Source: Rebecca billardiae RCC1528
Lineage: Eukaryota > Protista > Haptophyta
Direction of reading: 5' to 3'
NCBI GenBank assembly: GCA_965240325.2
Contig: OZ251227.1
Coordinates: 1,240,001 to 1,304,000 of the forward strand
DNA length: 64,000 bases
Shown: piece after piece, positions 1 through 12,576 of the stretch
How positions within the stretch are numbered: the first letter of the stretch is position 1
Layout: every line of letters begins with the position of its first letter
Notes under the pieces: generated by a model
Database searches by the model: none
What the model was told of the DNA's origin: nothing
Seen by the model: only the letters and a program-made list of their open reading frames with translations
Position numbers and translations under genes: made by a program

Positions 1-1
1 C

Positions 2-1513
2 GTCCTGCGCGGCCGGCTGCGCCTCGTCTCGTTCCGGGGGGAGGTCAGCCTGCTCGACGGCGCGAGCCCCACGCAGCCCGAGGGCTCGCTGCTCCAGCTG
101 GTCGCCGGCGGCTTGTGCTTTGGGCTGGAGGCGTGCGCCGAGTCGGATGGCAGGCCCATCCCCCGGCTCGGCACCGCCCTCGCCGCGAGCGCCGACGTGC
201 TGCTGCTCGCGCTGCCCCGCGGCGCGCTCGGGCATCGGGACGCGTCGCTGCGCGCGGAGCTGAGCGCGTACGTGCTGACGCACATACTCGAGAGCAACTG
301 GATCTTCCGAGGCCTGCCCGCCGACGAGATCTTCAAGGTGGCACCGCTCTTCCACTTCCGCCAGGTGAGCAGCGGCACCGTGATGATGCGGCAGGGCGAG
401 GTCGCCACCGACTTCTTCGTCGTCGCGGTCGGCAGCTTCCGCGCGGTGCGCTCGGACGTGGGCGTCAAGGAGGCGCTGAAGAACCCCGCGTACGACCTCG
501 GCTACAAAGGCGGCACCGGGCAGAGCGGCCGCGAGCAGGCGCCGACCAGGGTGCAGACGGTGCTCGGCGCCTCGCAGCCCTTCTCGCACTTTGGCGAGGG
601 CGGGCTGATCGCCTTCCTCGAGGGCCGGACCGTGGAGCGGATGGCGACCGTCGAGGCGGACACGCAGTCGTGGGTGCTCGCGCTCGAGCCGCAGCACTTT
701 GGCCAGTTTGCAGACGCGATGCCCGACGTGATGACGCGCTTCCAGCGCCACCACCGCCTGCTCGACAAGCTGAACAAGGACCACGCGGTCGAGGTGCGCC
801 AGCGGGACACGGTGCGCGGCATGATGCGCGAGACGGAGATGTACGGCGACGCGCTCTCTCGCGCCATCGTCCGCACGCACGAGCAGCGCATGGACGACGC
901 CGCGGCAAGCAGGATGCTCGCCGGCGGCTCCATTCGCGCGCGGCGCGACGAGGGCGAGCGGGACGACGAGCGGAGCTCGGAGCGGGGCATGCATGCCCCG
1001 GCGGGGCGCCAGGCTCCCGGCGGCGCGGCGGTCGAGGCCGTCGCCCTGTCCACTCCAGAGGTGCACGTCGAGGGCGAGGAGGAGGAGGGCGAGGGAGCGG
1101 GGACGACCGCTCGCACGTCGGGCGATCGCGGCGCACTTTCGGCAGTGCGCTTCGCCGCCAAGCTCCGCCGCGGCGCGTCGGAGACGCGGCTGAGCGGGGC
1201 GGGGCGGGCGGCCGCCGCCGCCGATGGCAAGCTGCCCCCTCTGCAGCAATCGCGCACGTCGACTGCGTCCGTGGCGTCGCGATCGTCGTCGACATCGCAG
1301 CAGACGCTCTCGCGGCCTGGGTCGAGGGCGTCGATGCGGCCGCGCTCGCAGCGCTCCTCAGGGAGGCCGTCGCGCCGCACGTCGATCGAGCAGAAGATCG
1401 ACGCGCAGGAGGAGGAGCTCATGTTCGCCGGCGTCGCGGAGACCCTGCGCGCCGAGCCGCCCGAGTACTTCGACAGCCGGCAGCTCCAGCTGCTTCAGCG
1501 TCTGAGTGACTGA
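2..1513 (+). CDS. Cyclic-nucleotide-binding domain protein, 5' partial (at least two CNBDs, low-complexity C-terminus)
   Basis: The frame is open from base 2 (VLRGRLRLV...CFGLEAC). The second CNBD reads ILESNWIFRGLPADEI...MMRQGEVATDFFVVAVGSFRA...HFGEGGL...RMATVEA...VLALEPQHF. Strong GC3 bias; stop at 1511-1513. Confidence 0.8.
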   Translation, partial: VLRGRLRLVSFRGEVSLLDGASPTQPEGSLLQLVAGGLCFGLEACAESDGRPIPRLGTALAASADVLLLALPRGALGHRDASLRAELSAYVLTHILESNWIFRGLPADEIFKVAPLFHFRQVSSGTVMMRQGEVATDFFVVAVGSFRAVRSDVGVKEALKNPAYDLGYKGGTGQSGREQAPTRVQTVLGASQPFSHFGEGGLIAFLEGRTVERMATVEADTQSWVLALEPQHFGQFADAMPDVMTRFQRHHRLLDKLNKDHAVEVRQRDTVRGMMRETEMYGDALSRAIVRTHEQRMDDAAASRMLAGGSIRARRDEGERDDERSSERGMHAPAGRQAPGGAAVEAVALSTPEVHVEGEEEEGEGAGTTARTSGDRGALSAVRFAAKLRRGASETRLSGAGRAAAAADGKLPPLQQSRTSTASVASRSSSTSQQTLSRPGSRASMRPRSQRSSGRPSRRTSIEQKIDAQEEELMFAGVAETLRAEPPEYFDSRQLQLLQRLSD

Positions 1514-1626
1514 CTGACTACTGTTGAAGCGCGTGCATTTAATCTTTCCGATATGATGATGCTGATGTACTGTACAGTATGAGTCCGTGATGCGCTCTGC
1601 TCGGATATGAGAAATATAATTATTAT

Positions 1627-3250
1627 ACGACCGCGTTTTACGCGGTCCTTTTTACCGTAGAACGAACGTAGTTCGGGGCCCGCGGTGGCGGTGCACCCTC
1701 CGTCGCAGTCGTCTATTGACAGACCAGTTGCATGCCCGTACAACTAGACTCCAGCGGCGCGCCGCTGCGCCCCGGTGCCGGCGCCGGGCGCGGGCCCATC
1801 GCAGCCGCCGGCGCCGGCGCCCGGATTGTGTACAGGCGGATGCGACGAGGCGTGATCGACGCATGAGCGCGACTCCACGTGCACGCCAGGCCACGTGGAG
1901 CTGACAGCCAGGGAACACGGTGCGGGGCCGCGGATTCGTTCGGGCCGCTGCTGCTGACCGCGCTGTCTGTCGTCACCGCGCGCCGCCGGGCAGCGCCAGG
2001 AGTAGATGATTTGCACTGGTCCGAGTAGGGTTCGACCAGCGCCTGCGCGACGGCCGACAGGCGGGCGCGAGGCGTGATCGACGCATGAGCGCAACTCTAT
2101 CTACGTGCACGCCAGGCCACGCGGAGCAGACAGCCAGAGGGAGCACTGTGTGTGCCGAGGTGCGAGGGCACCGGTGATTGTTATTCACTCCGCACGCCGC
2201 GGTTGCACTGCACGGGGTCACGGGGTGACACACCTCGGTCAGGCTCGGCACGCGTCGCAGAGGCACGGCCAGCTCTGGGGACGTCGCGCACCACCGTCGT
2301 CCGCGCCGCAGCTCGTCCTCCTAGGTCCGCCCGTCCAGCGCTGCAGACAGACTTGCCGGCGCGGGCCGAGAGAGAGTGCCGGCACGGAACAGATCGATGG
2401 ATTCGGGTTGGCGCGCCTGCTCTGAAGAAGAGTTCTGGGAGACCCTGGCGGAGAGGCATGACAAGGGGGGCGTGTGGTGAAGTCGGAGACTCAGATATCG
2501 ATCAGTCCGGCATCAGTCAGGCGCCGCTGCCCCCGAGCTTGCGAGAGCCCGAACAAAGGGCGGCGGCTGCCGGCGCCGGCTGACGCGCGGCCCCGGCCGC
2601 GCAGGCATCGACAGGGCGGCAGGGGCGCGCGGAGTGACTAGTGAGCGGGGCACGAACACGATGCCGACGGCCGTCGGGACCCGCCGCAGACGCGCGCTCC
2701 AGGCGCCACTGGCCGCGCGCACCTGCCCATCGCCCGCCCTTGCTTGGAGGCGAGAGTCGCGCGGCGCCCTCGCCACCTCCGAACGGGCTCAAACCTGCTG
2801 CCTTGCGACGACGGCAAGTTTTGAGGCTCGCCAGCTCGGTGCGTCGATCAGTGACTATGAAATGGGCTGGCGACGAATAGCTGCGGGTATTTTTCAATGT
2901 CTCGCAGTCGTATTGGAGTTGGTGAGAGTCGTTCTTGCGGCGGCGAGGCCCATATTTATTTACTATGGTCACACATGAACGACTGAGTCCACCCGTAATT
3001 ACTCACCCTCGCACACTTGGGCGTGGGTTTCGTTGATTCCTCTGTTCACTATTCAAGACGGCGGGCGCGACCTTTTTCGACGCTAATCCATGTGTAAGGA
3101 GGTCTCAAAATTCGAAACTCGGTCTCCTCCAGCCCTGAAAATCGTCCCCCGTCCCTTTTTTCTTTGATGATCAAAGATCTTTTTGAAACGTGGTTCGGGC
3201 CCGCTGGTGCGGGCTCCACGCTGCGCGCTCCGCCCTGCACCGCGGGCCAT
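1627..3250 (-). mobile_element. Family-2 non-autonomous rolling-circle-like element (complete copy)
   Basis: On the minus strand it starts ATGGCCCGCGGTGCAGGGCGGAGCGCG at 3250, matching the starts at 24221 and 28399. It ends with CACCGCGGGCC, GAACTACGTTCGTTCTACGG and a hairpin (plus strand GACCGCGT-TTT-ACGCGGTC, 1629-1647). Internal ~70-bp duplication at 1849-1918 and 2071-2147. Confidence 0.8.
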
Positions 3251-3300
3251 AATGCGGGACGCCGGAATAATCTGCGTCGCGCATTTCTCGCTGTCGTAGC

Positions 3301-3342
<42 letters not shown>

Positions 3343-3351
3343 CATCTATCT

Positions 3352-3409
<58 letters not shown>

Positions 3410-3451
3410 CAGATAATATAGATTATATATATATATAGATTATATATATAT

Positions 3452-3495
<44 letters not shown>
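3301..3495. repeat. Compound microsatellite: (TCTA)n switching to (TAGA)n, with a (TA)n interruption
   Basis: Read directly from the sequence; the two halves are reverse complements. Confidence 0.95.
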
Positions 3496-3496
<1 letters not shown>

Positions 3497-3498
3497 AA

Positions 3499-5694
3499 AT
3501 GGCGCACGGCCCCCCCGAAAGGTCTGAGCGTGAGCGAAAGCCGGGGGGGGGGGGGGGGGGGCGGCGCACGTGCTCCGCAAAATCAAAAAAGAGGATGCGC
3601 GCAGGATTTGGGGGATTTTTGTAGGTGGATTTAGGTGTGAAACCGCAGCATTTGAGTCCATATCGCTGCTCATGATTGCGTTTGTACTGCTCCTTAATCC
3701 TTGGATAGTAAGTAATAGAAGAAATCGGAATCAAATAGGACGAAGTCATCTCTGATACCATTCTGATAGTCAAGATTCGTGTGTTGAACTGACCATAAAA
3801 AAGGTGAGATATCGAGCTAATTCTCTGGATAGCTGTTCACTCCTCAGATTCATCAAAGCGACGCGATATGGTATTGCGCGGGTAGCTTGAATCGACGTTC
3901 CCGCGCGCCCTGGCCTTACTCCTTAGTCTTGGCCTAATGTGGGTGGCATTCGACGTACCTCTATCTGCGAGGATTAACAGCTCTCTGAAAACGAGTGTGT
4001 CCTGGACAGCTTGAGAGGGGAAATCCAAATTTTGCGGTTTTAACCCAAGATTCTCATGCCCATATTCAGCATGAGTAGTCATAGGACAATTCATCGGTGA
4101 ACAGAATCAAGAAGCCTGGCTTCTTGATATCGAGATCCGATTCACAAAGCCAATCAGCGTGGTCTCCAACTGGCTTGTTAATCACCTGTAAATTGTAAAG
4201 GTGATTAGTGATCACCCGCGTGATGTGATTATTGTGAGCAGCCTGAATAAACCATAATTATAATAAGCGCGAGTTGCGAGTCGTGAACCGTCACTTTGCG
4301 CCGCACGCCGACGCGCGGACGCTGCGCGCGTACGAGGTGGCGCAGCTGCTGCTCGAGGTGATTGCGCACTGCGCGCTCGACCCCGCCGAGCCCGCCGCGT
4401 GCGCCACCGCACCGCGCCCTCGTGGCGGACGGCGGCGCCCGGCGTGAGTGACGGCGTCCGCCGGGCCGCCGTGGGCGATGGCGCGCGGCGCGTGACCCGA
4501 CGTACGCGGCGGCGCTCGGCCGTGCGGGCGCGCTCGCGCGGCTATGGACTCGCTCGAGGGAGCGCTGTGCGCGCTCGCCGAGCCGCCGCTGCCCGCCGCC
4601 GCCGCAAGCCGCAGGCCGCTCGCGCGCCGCGGCCGCGGCGAGGCGCGCCGGCGGCGGCGGCGTGGCGCGCTGCGGAGGCGCCGCTGCTGCCGCCGCGCGC
4701 GGCGCAGCGGCTTCTCGCGCAGTGGTCGGGCGCGGCGCTGTGGCTCGCACCACTGCACCGCGCCCTCGTGGCGGACGGCGGCGCACGCGGCCGCGGCCGT
4801 GTGGGCGATGGCGCGCGGCGCGCGACCCGCGGCGCTCGGCCGTGCGGGCGCGCTCGCGCGGCTATGGACTCGCTCGAGGGAGCGCTGTGCGCACTCGCCG
4901 AGCCGCCGCTGCCCGCCGCCGCCGCAAGCCGCAGGCCGCTCGCGCGCCGCGGCCGCGGCGAGGCGCGCCGGCGGCGGCGGCGTGGCGCGCTGCGGAGGCG
5001 CCGCTGCTGCCGCCGCGCGCGGCGCAGCGGCTTCTCGCGCAGTGGTCGGGCGCGGCGCTGTGGCTCGCACCACTGCACCGCGCCCTCGTGGCGGACGGCG
5101 GCGCACGCGGCCGCGGCCGTGTGGGCGATGGCGCGCGGCGCGCGACCCGCGGCGCTCGGCCGTGCGGGCGCGCTCGCGCGGCTATGGACTCGCTCGAGGG
5201 AGCGCTGTGCGCGCTCGCCGAGCCGCCGCTGCCCGCCGCCGCCGCAAGCCGCAAGCCGCTCGCGCGCCGTGGTCCTGGCTGAGGCGGGCGGCGGCGGCGC
5301 GGCGCGCGCCGCGGAGGCGCCGCTGCTCGGCCGCCGCGCGCGGCGCCGAGCGGCTTCTGCCTTCTCGCGAAGTGGTCGGGCGCGGCGCTGTGGCTGCTCT
5401 GCGCGCAGCGCGGCTGCGCACACAACGCGCGTGCGAGCTCGCGTGCACCCCCGGCGCCGCCGCCCGGCTGTCGGATCTTATTGCGCGCCGCTCTGCCTCA
5501 GCTGCGTCGCCGTTCACACTGAGCCGAGCACTTGGCAGTCGGCTGACTCGCCAGTGTGACTCGGCTGCACGGCGCATGCACCGCGTCCGACCGTCCGACC
5601 GTGTCGTCACAACTCACAAGACACAAGCCGGCTGCTAGGGCCGTGCGCCCTCAACTTCGTTGTTCACTACGCGAAGATCGGCGTAGCCGATCAT
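3499..5694 (+). mobile_element. Family-1 non-autonomous rolling-circle-like element, copy A
   Basis: Starts ATGGCGCACGGCCC. Partner repeat GGGCCGTGCGCC at 5638-5649, hairpin GATCGGC-GTA-GCCGATC at 5676-5692, ends AT. The same ends occur at 33110-34780 and 34945-36820. Flanked by (GATA)n on both sides. Confidence 0.85.
4430..5270 (+). repeat. Tandem array of a 320-bp degenerate coding-like unit inside element A (about 2.5-3 units)
   Basis: ATGGACTCGCTCGAGGGAGCG recurs at 4544, 4864 and 5184 (period 320). Confidence 0.9.
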
Positions 5695-5696
5695 AT

Positions 5697-5882
<186 letters not shown>

Positions 5883-6097
5883 AGTCATTTCGTCTTAGGA
5901 TTACCGTTTGATTCTCGTCTGCTCATCATGTCACATCGACATCAGTTACAGTAAGAATACTGAAAAAGGAGGGATACAGATCGGGCACTGCCGAAGACGA
6001 ATCATGGTCGCCAGACCTGCGCCGTCCTGGTACCGCTGTGTCGAAAAATCATAGAATGAGTTTACTGCTATAAGAATTAGACTGACGCACACAGCTC

Positions 6098-6145
6098 ACA
6101 GTTTACTAAGAATAAGAGACGCACACAGCTCAGGCAGGCGAGATT
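6098..6145 (+). repeat. Short dispersed repeat of about 45 bp, also at 15430-15484, with a degraded tandem copy at 6059-6098
   Basis: ACAGTT(T/G)ACTAAGA(A/T)TAAGAGACGCACACAGCTCAGGCAGGCG is shared by both loci. Confidence 0.75.
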
Positions 6146-6535
6146 GACGCCCGCCAACTGTCACCGCCCATGAAGCCGTCGCCGATGGTAGCGCCGTCGG
6201 AAGATTCGTTCAGCCGTCCGCCTGCGAGGCCTGGATGAGGGCTGCGGCCGCCCGCCTCGCGGCGCGCCAGCGCCCGTCGTCCTCGCCGCACCGTCGTCCA
6301 CAATAAAACGTCTTCGTCCGAAATCTCTGACTGGGCGCCGATGTGACAGCGCGCCGACAGGATGAGGATGTAGTATGGAATGTGGAGCCCCACTGTCGGT
6401 TGGGGAATAAGGTGTGTCACCAGCGGCATGACATACAGTACCCCCATATTGCAAATACTTCCTCCTGCTGATTTTGCAGCGCATCCGTATTTTTCCGCGA
6501 CAAACATTTTCAAGCGGCGGACGGTTACCTCGGCC

Positions 6536-8609
6536 ATGGCGGCCGCAGGCTTGCGCCAACAGCCCACTCTGGATGATGCCGTGGAGCCGCCAAGGGTCAA
6601 GCCGACGCCGGCGCCGGCGTACGTGCGCGAGGCTGTCATGCCCCTTCTCAACGAGTGCATGGACGCGCTCAACCGCGAGGTCGTCGACCTGCTCGCGACG
6701 GGCGCGCCGGCGAGCGCGTGGGAGTTTGACCCGCTCGAGTTCCTCGCCGCGCTGCTCAAGCGGCGCAACATGCGCCGGCGGGAGATGCTGCAGGCGCACT
6801 GGGTGGGCATCGCCGACGCGCAGATCCAGCACGAGCAGGAGGAGAACTCGATGCCCGTCCTCTTCCAGCGCTCCCTCACGCGCCGCAGCTCCAACTTCAA
6901 CCAACGCATGATGGAGGCGGCGGTGGCGGCGATGGACCAGGCGGCAAGCGTGGAGGCGACGAGCGCGCCGCTGATCACGCCGCAGGCGGCGAAGCTGATC
7001 GCACAGGCGGTGATGGACGGCGCCGAGTTCACCGCCGGCCTCGGCATCTCGATGCTGGGCTACGACCCGGAGCGGAACGCTGCGCGGCCGTTTGTCGTCA
7101 CGGTGTGCGCGGCGGGCGGTGGGGACGTGGCGGGCACCGCGCCCGCGCCCGCGCGGACGACGCCGGGTTGTACCCCGCTACCGGGCGCGCCGCTCACCGC
7201 ACGCCCCCTCCTGCGTGCCGCGTTCCCCGCCACCCGCCGCCCGCGCCGCCGCCACGCCCGCGCAGCTGCCGCCGCGCAAGCGCGCGATGACGACGGACGA
7301 GTGGATCCTCTCGGACGCCGGGGAGCCGGACGCGCCCGGACTGCAGCCGCCCCCGGCGCTGTCGCGGTGCCGCGTGATCCGGTACACGCAGGAGGACTTC
7401 GAGGCCTTCCTCTGCGCGGTGCCGCGCCTGCTCGACGCGGAGGCGCTGGCTGCGCAGGGCAAGTCGCTCGCGCGCGGCATTCCGTACGCGGACGTGCCCG
7501 CGCACTTTGGCGAGTGGCTGTACGTGGCGTTCGTGTACGCGTCGTCGCTGAACGACCGGTTCGTCGAGCAGACGGTGCCGACGGAGCCGCCGCCCGCGCT
7601 GCGCGAGCTCTGCCTCCACCCGTTCTCGCTCGAGCAGCGCGCGGGCGACATGACGCGGCTGGCGAGCTGGCTGGAGGCGTACGGCGGCGACTTCACCGAG
7701 CTCTCGGGGCTGTCGGAGAAGCTGCTGCTCGACTACGGGCTCGCGCGCGCGATCGGCAAGCTGCCCGCGCTGCACACGATCCACGTCGGCCCGCTGCCCG
7801 CGGGCGAGCGCGGCGTCGCCTCGGCGGCGTGGAACGCGCTCGCGGGGATGCTCTTCCGCGGCTGCGGCGTGCGCCGGCTGCTGGTCTCGCACGTGGCGCT
7901 CTCGCTGGCGGACGTGACGTGCCTGGCGCAGGCGGCGGCGGAGTCGCTGGCGCTGGAGCACCTGTCGCTCGACGCGTGCGCGCACGCGGGCGCGGCGGAC
8001 GCGCATGCCGTCGTCGCGCACGACGCGGTGCGGCCCACGCCCTCGCGCGCGGACGAGGCGCGCGCCGCGGCGCTCGTGCGCGCGCTCGAGCCCGCCTTCG
8101 GCTCGTTCACGCTCACCTCGCTCTCGCTGCGCGGCACGCGGCTGCTCGACAGCGGCGCGGTGGTGCTCGCGAGCGTGCTCGGCGCGACCGACGCCGTGCG
8201 CAACCTCGACGTCTCGCGTACGCACTACGGCGCGGACGGCGCGGTCGCGCTCGGCGGCTACATCCGCGGCTCGCGCTCACTGCTGAGCGTCGATGTGTCG
8301 ATGGTGTCGCCCGTCGGGCTGGTGGGGATGCTCGCGCTGGCGGACGCGCTCGGCGAGGCGCGCGCGCTGCTGCAGGCGCTGTGGCAGTGCGACCAGCCCA
8401 TGCGCGTCCTCACGCACCGGCTGCGCCTCGGCGTCGCGCTGTGCCGCGCGCTCAAGGCGTCGCGCTCGCTGCGCGTGCTCTCGCTCAGCGGCCACCGCTG
8501 GCTCACCGCCGCGGACGAGTCGCTCGCCGAGCCGGCCGGCGGCGAGCAGCCGGGCTCGGCCGGCGCCATCGCCGCGGCGAAGGCCGCGAAGGCCGCGAAG
8601 GCCGCGAAG

Positions 8610-8640
<31 letters not shown>

Positions 8641-11600
8641 GCGGCGACACGCCGCGCGCCGGCGAGGGCGGCGGCGCGAGCGGCGGCGGCGCGCCGCCCG
8701 ATCCGGACGAGGCGCGCCAGCAGACGCTTGCGTACGCGCTCACGCGCGCGCTCACGCCGGGCAAGCACGCGCTGCAGACGCTCGAGCTGCGCGGCGCGTG
8801 CCTGCGCGGCGTGGCGGTGGGCGCGCTGCTGCGCGCGCTGTGCACGTGCGCGGGCCTGGAGCTCCTCGACCTCTCAGAGAACGGCGTGGGCGAGGCGGCG
8901 GACGAGGCGGCAGAGCTGACGCGCGCGACGCGCAGCCTGCGCACGCTGCGGCTCGCGCGCACGGGCTTCACCGGCGGCGGGCTGGGCAAGCTGGCGGCGC
9001 AGCTGCGGTACAACCGCTCGCTCACCAGCCTCGACCTCTCCGGCAACGCCCTCGGCAGCGTCCGCGCCGCGGCGCAGGCCGCGGCCGCGCCGCCCTCCGC
9101 GTCGGCGGTCGCCGCGGCCGCCGCGGCCGCGGTGTCGGCCGACGGCGGCTCGGCGGACCCGCTGGCGGAGGCGGGCGCGGAGGCGGCGCTGGTCGGCGCG
9201 CCCGGCGCGGCGCCCTCCGGCGCTGCCGAGGCCTCCGCGGAGGCGCTGTCGGACGAGGGCATGCCCGCGCTTGCCGAGGCGCTCCGGTGCAACTGCGCGC
9301 TGCGCGAGCTCTTCCTCGCCTCGTGCGATCTCGGCGTCGACCCGCCGGCGATCGCGGCGATGGTCGAGGTGGTGGATGCGGAGGCGGAGCGCGCGCGCAT
9401 GGCCAAGCTCGAGGCGGCGGCGGCGAAGGCGACGGCGGCGGCGGCGATCGCGTCGGTGTGGGGCGGCGCGCGTGAGGCGGCCGCGCTCGCGCCGTTGGGC
9501 GAATCCACGCCGCCGCCGGACCAGCAGCCGCCCGACTCCGCGGTGGCGGACACGGCGCAGACGCAGCAGACGCCGCAGCAGACGCCGCAGCAGCAGTCGC
9601 GCCGCGGCTCCACGCGTGCCTCCATCAAGGGCACGCCCAAGACCACGCCCAACCGCGAGCAGAAGAAGCGGCGCGCGAGCTCGGCGCAGGCCGCGGAGGC
9701 GGAGGAGACGTCTGCGGTCGCCACCGAGCGCGCAGAGCCGCCCGACCCCCTGCGGCTCAAGAGCCTGAGCTGCGGGCTGCTGCTCGGCGCGCTGGGCGAG
9801 AACCAGCGCTCCCAGCTCGAGACCATCGACCTCGCGTACAACCCGATGGGCTGCGCGAACGCGCGCGCGCTCGCGCACCACCTGACGGGCGCGACGCACG
9901 TGCGGCGGCTGCTGCTGCGCTCGAGCTACCCAGCGGCCGAGGTCGGCGCGCTCGCGCGCGCGGCCGAGAAGCAGGGCTCGCTGCTCCTCACGGACTTGCA
10001 CGTGGGCAACATGGCGGACGCGGCCGCGCGCGAGGCGGCGCAGGCGGAGCCGGCGGTGAGCGCGCAGGACAGCGACCGCAAGCTGCTCGGCGGCGGCGAG
10101 CCGATTGACGGCGTGGACATTAGCAGCATGCACTCGGCCGCCGCGGCCGATGCGCCGGGGGCCGAGCACGCCGCCCCCGCCACCGACGCCGCCACCGCCG
10201 CCGACGCGCCGGGTGCGGCGGCGGCGCCCGCCGAGAAGGCGGCGGCTGACCCTGGCGGCGCGGTCGCAGCCGCGGCCGCGGCCGGCGCGGAGGCGGTGGC
10301 GGCCGTCGGCGCGCGCGCGCCGGCGGCCGCGGCGCAGAAGGGCGGCGGCCGTGGCAGCGCGGGCGGGAGCGCGGGCGGCGGCAGGCGCACCCTCCCGCCC
10401 GCCGTGGCGATCGCCGAGTCGCAGCTCTCCCCGGGCCGCGCGCTGATGCGCGCGCTCTGGGCCAACCGGCTCGGCAGCGACGAGCTCTGGACCGAGCTGG
10501 AGGGGCGCTTCCCTCCGGAGGTGGCCGAGCGCGTGCGCGCCGTGTTTGCCATGTACACCGCGGCGGGGCGCGACGCGCTGCACGTGCGCGACCTCGTGAA
10601 CGTGCTGGCGCCGCGCGAGACGCACCGGCTGAGCCCGCTCTCGCCCGACCACTGCATGCCGTACGGCGGCTTTGTGCAGTGGCTCGCGGACTACTTCTAC
10701 CACCGGTACGGCACAGCGCGCGCGCACAAACGCGACGGCGGCAGCCGCGCGCGCGTGCTCGGCTCACCGCGCGCCTCGCGCGACCGCCCTCCCTCCGACC
10801 TCCCTCCGCGCGCGCTCCGCTCGCAGCTGGCGCTCTCCGGACGACGACCTGAACGTGCTGCTCTCCACACTCGAGGGCGCGATGCAGCGTCCGCTCAGCG
10901 TGCGCACCGTCTCCGAGTCCTCCTGGGTCTCCGCGGCCGTGGTCGGGCTGCTCGGCTCGGGCGTGCGGTACGCGGGGCGGCCGTCGAGCAAGCCGCACAA
11001 GGCGCCTGCGCAGGTGGCGGCGAGCGTGAGGGCGGCGGTGCGCGAGATGATTGCGCGCGCGCACGAGGCGGGCCAGCTCGAGGCGGAGGCGGCGGCAGCA
11101 GAGGCCGAGGCGCAGCCGGCGCAGCCGGAGGCGATGGCGGCGGCCGCGCCCGGCGCGGCAGAGGCGGCGGCCGCCGCGCCGGCCGGGCCTCCGGACGCCT
11201 CCGATTCGGGCCGGGCGACGTCGGCCTCGGCGTCGGCGGCAATGTCCGACGCGGCCGAGGCGGCCGCCGAGCCCGCGCCGCCCGCGCACGCCGCGGGCTC
11301 CGCGAGCGGCCGCGGCGGCACCCCGACCGTGGGCTCCGGCGCCGTCTCGGCCCGCCTGGGCACGCCGGCGAGCCTCGGGCTGGGCACGCCTGGGAGTCGG
11401 GGCGCGACGCCGGCCACGCGGCCGACCACGGCGGCGGGGCCCGTCCCGCTGCCGCCGCCGCCGCAGGCCGGGCGCGCGCCCGAGCCCTCTGTCATCCCCG
11501 CGCCCCCGCCCGCCTCCGCGGCGCTGTACAAGCCGCTGCTCGACGAGATGTGCTCGCACGCGCACGCGGCCATGCTCGCAGACCCGCGCGAGCACCTGCA

Positions 11601-12576
11601 CAAGGCCAAGGTGCCGCGCAAGGCGCACGTGCACGTGTGCGAGGACGTGCTGTCCGCGTACAAGGTGCGCGCGCACACCGCGCACACACGCGCGCGCACA
11701 GCGCAAGCGCACAGCGCAAGCGCAAGCGCACGATCGCGCGCGGTGTGCCGGCCGCGCGCAGCTGCGCTGACGGCCGGACTGCGCGCGCCCCTCGCCCTTT
11801 GCTTCCGCCGGCCGCCCTGCCTCCCTCCCTGCAGCTCGAAATGCTGGGCAAGCTGCGCATCCTCTCGCACGACGGCGAGGTGATCGACCCCAAGCACAAC
11901 CCGGAGCGCTGCTTCCAGGACGACTTTTGGTACTGGGCGGAGCGGCAGCCGGGCGGGGAGCCGCGCGTGTGGTACGAGTGGCGCGCGCTGCTGCACTGGG
12001 TGCGGCGCGCGCGGCCGGAGGTGCTCTACCAGCGCACCGCCGCGCCCGACGGCCGCCCGATCGTCGTGTATGAGGTGGGCGCGTGCGCGTGCGCCTGCGC
12101 CGCCGCCGCAAGGGTGGGACGTGCGCCGCGCTGCGCGCGCTGCGTGCTCCGCCACGGCCAGGCTCGCTCACGCGCGCGCGCGCGAGATGCCCCGCCGCGC
12201 GCGGCACACGCAGGCCGTGCTGACGCAGGCCTTCGAGGCGGGCAGCCTCTCGGTGCTGCTGCGGCGGATCGACCTGGCGCAGTCATCCACCTCGCCGCTC
12301 GAGGACGCGCAGCAGGGGCCGTGGCTGCTCGCCGGCGCGCGGGTGGTCATCACCGAGGGCTGGGTGCCCGCAGACCCGCTGCACACGTGGCACGACACGG
12401 CTCCGTTCGCGGACGACCACGACTTCCTCGCGGAGGTGGGCGAGGAGCCCGACACGGCGCCGGCGGCGGACACGCACACGCCCATGCCGCGCCTGCCGCC
12501 GACGGGTGCGGCCGCGAAGAAGCCTTCGACGAGCGGCAGCAGCAAGTCGGGCGGGAAGGGCGGCAGGAACAAGTAG
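6536..12576 (+). CDS. Large protein with an N-terminal Dpy-30/RIIa-like docking motif and RNI-like leucine-rich repeats; 5 exons (6536-7102, 7266-10705, 10827-11664, 11835-12074, 12214-12576)
   Basis: AYVREAVMPLLNECMDAL...DPLEFLAALLKRRN resembles Dpy-30. LRRs include LELLDLSENGVG, LRYNRSLTSLDLSGNALG, LRCNCALRELFLASCDLG and LETIDLAYNPMG. Four GT-AG introns join the ORF-track frames without stops. Confidence 0.8.

Noticed and set aside
3511-3550. CTGAGCGTGAGCGAAA inside a C-run/G-run hairpin resembles a hammerhead ribozyme core
   Set aside because: The core is not CUGANGA and there is no stem II/III or NUH site. It is better explained as the element's 5' hairpin.
3501-5649. Families 1 and 2 as ordinary TIR MITEs (e.g. 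ISL2EU/Harbinger-like, AT target)
   Set aside because: All complete copies keep about 45 conserved bases and a hairpin beyond the right-hand repeat, so the repeat is subterminal.
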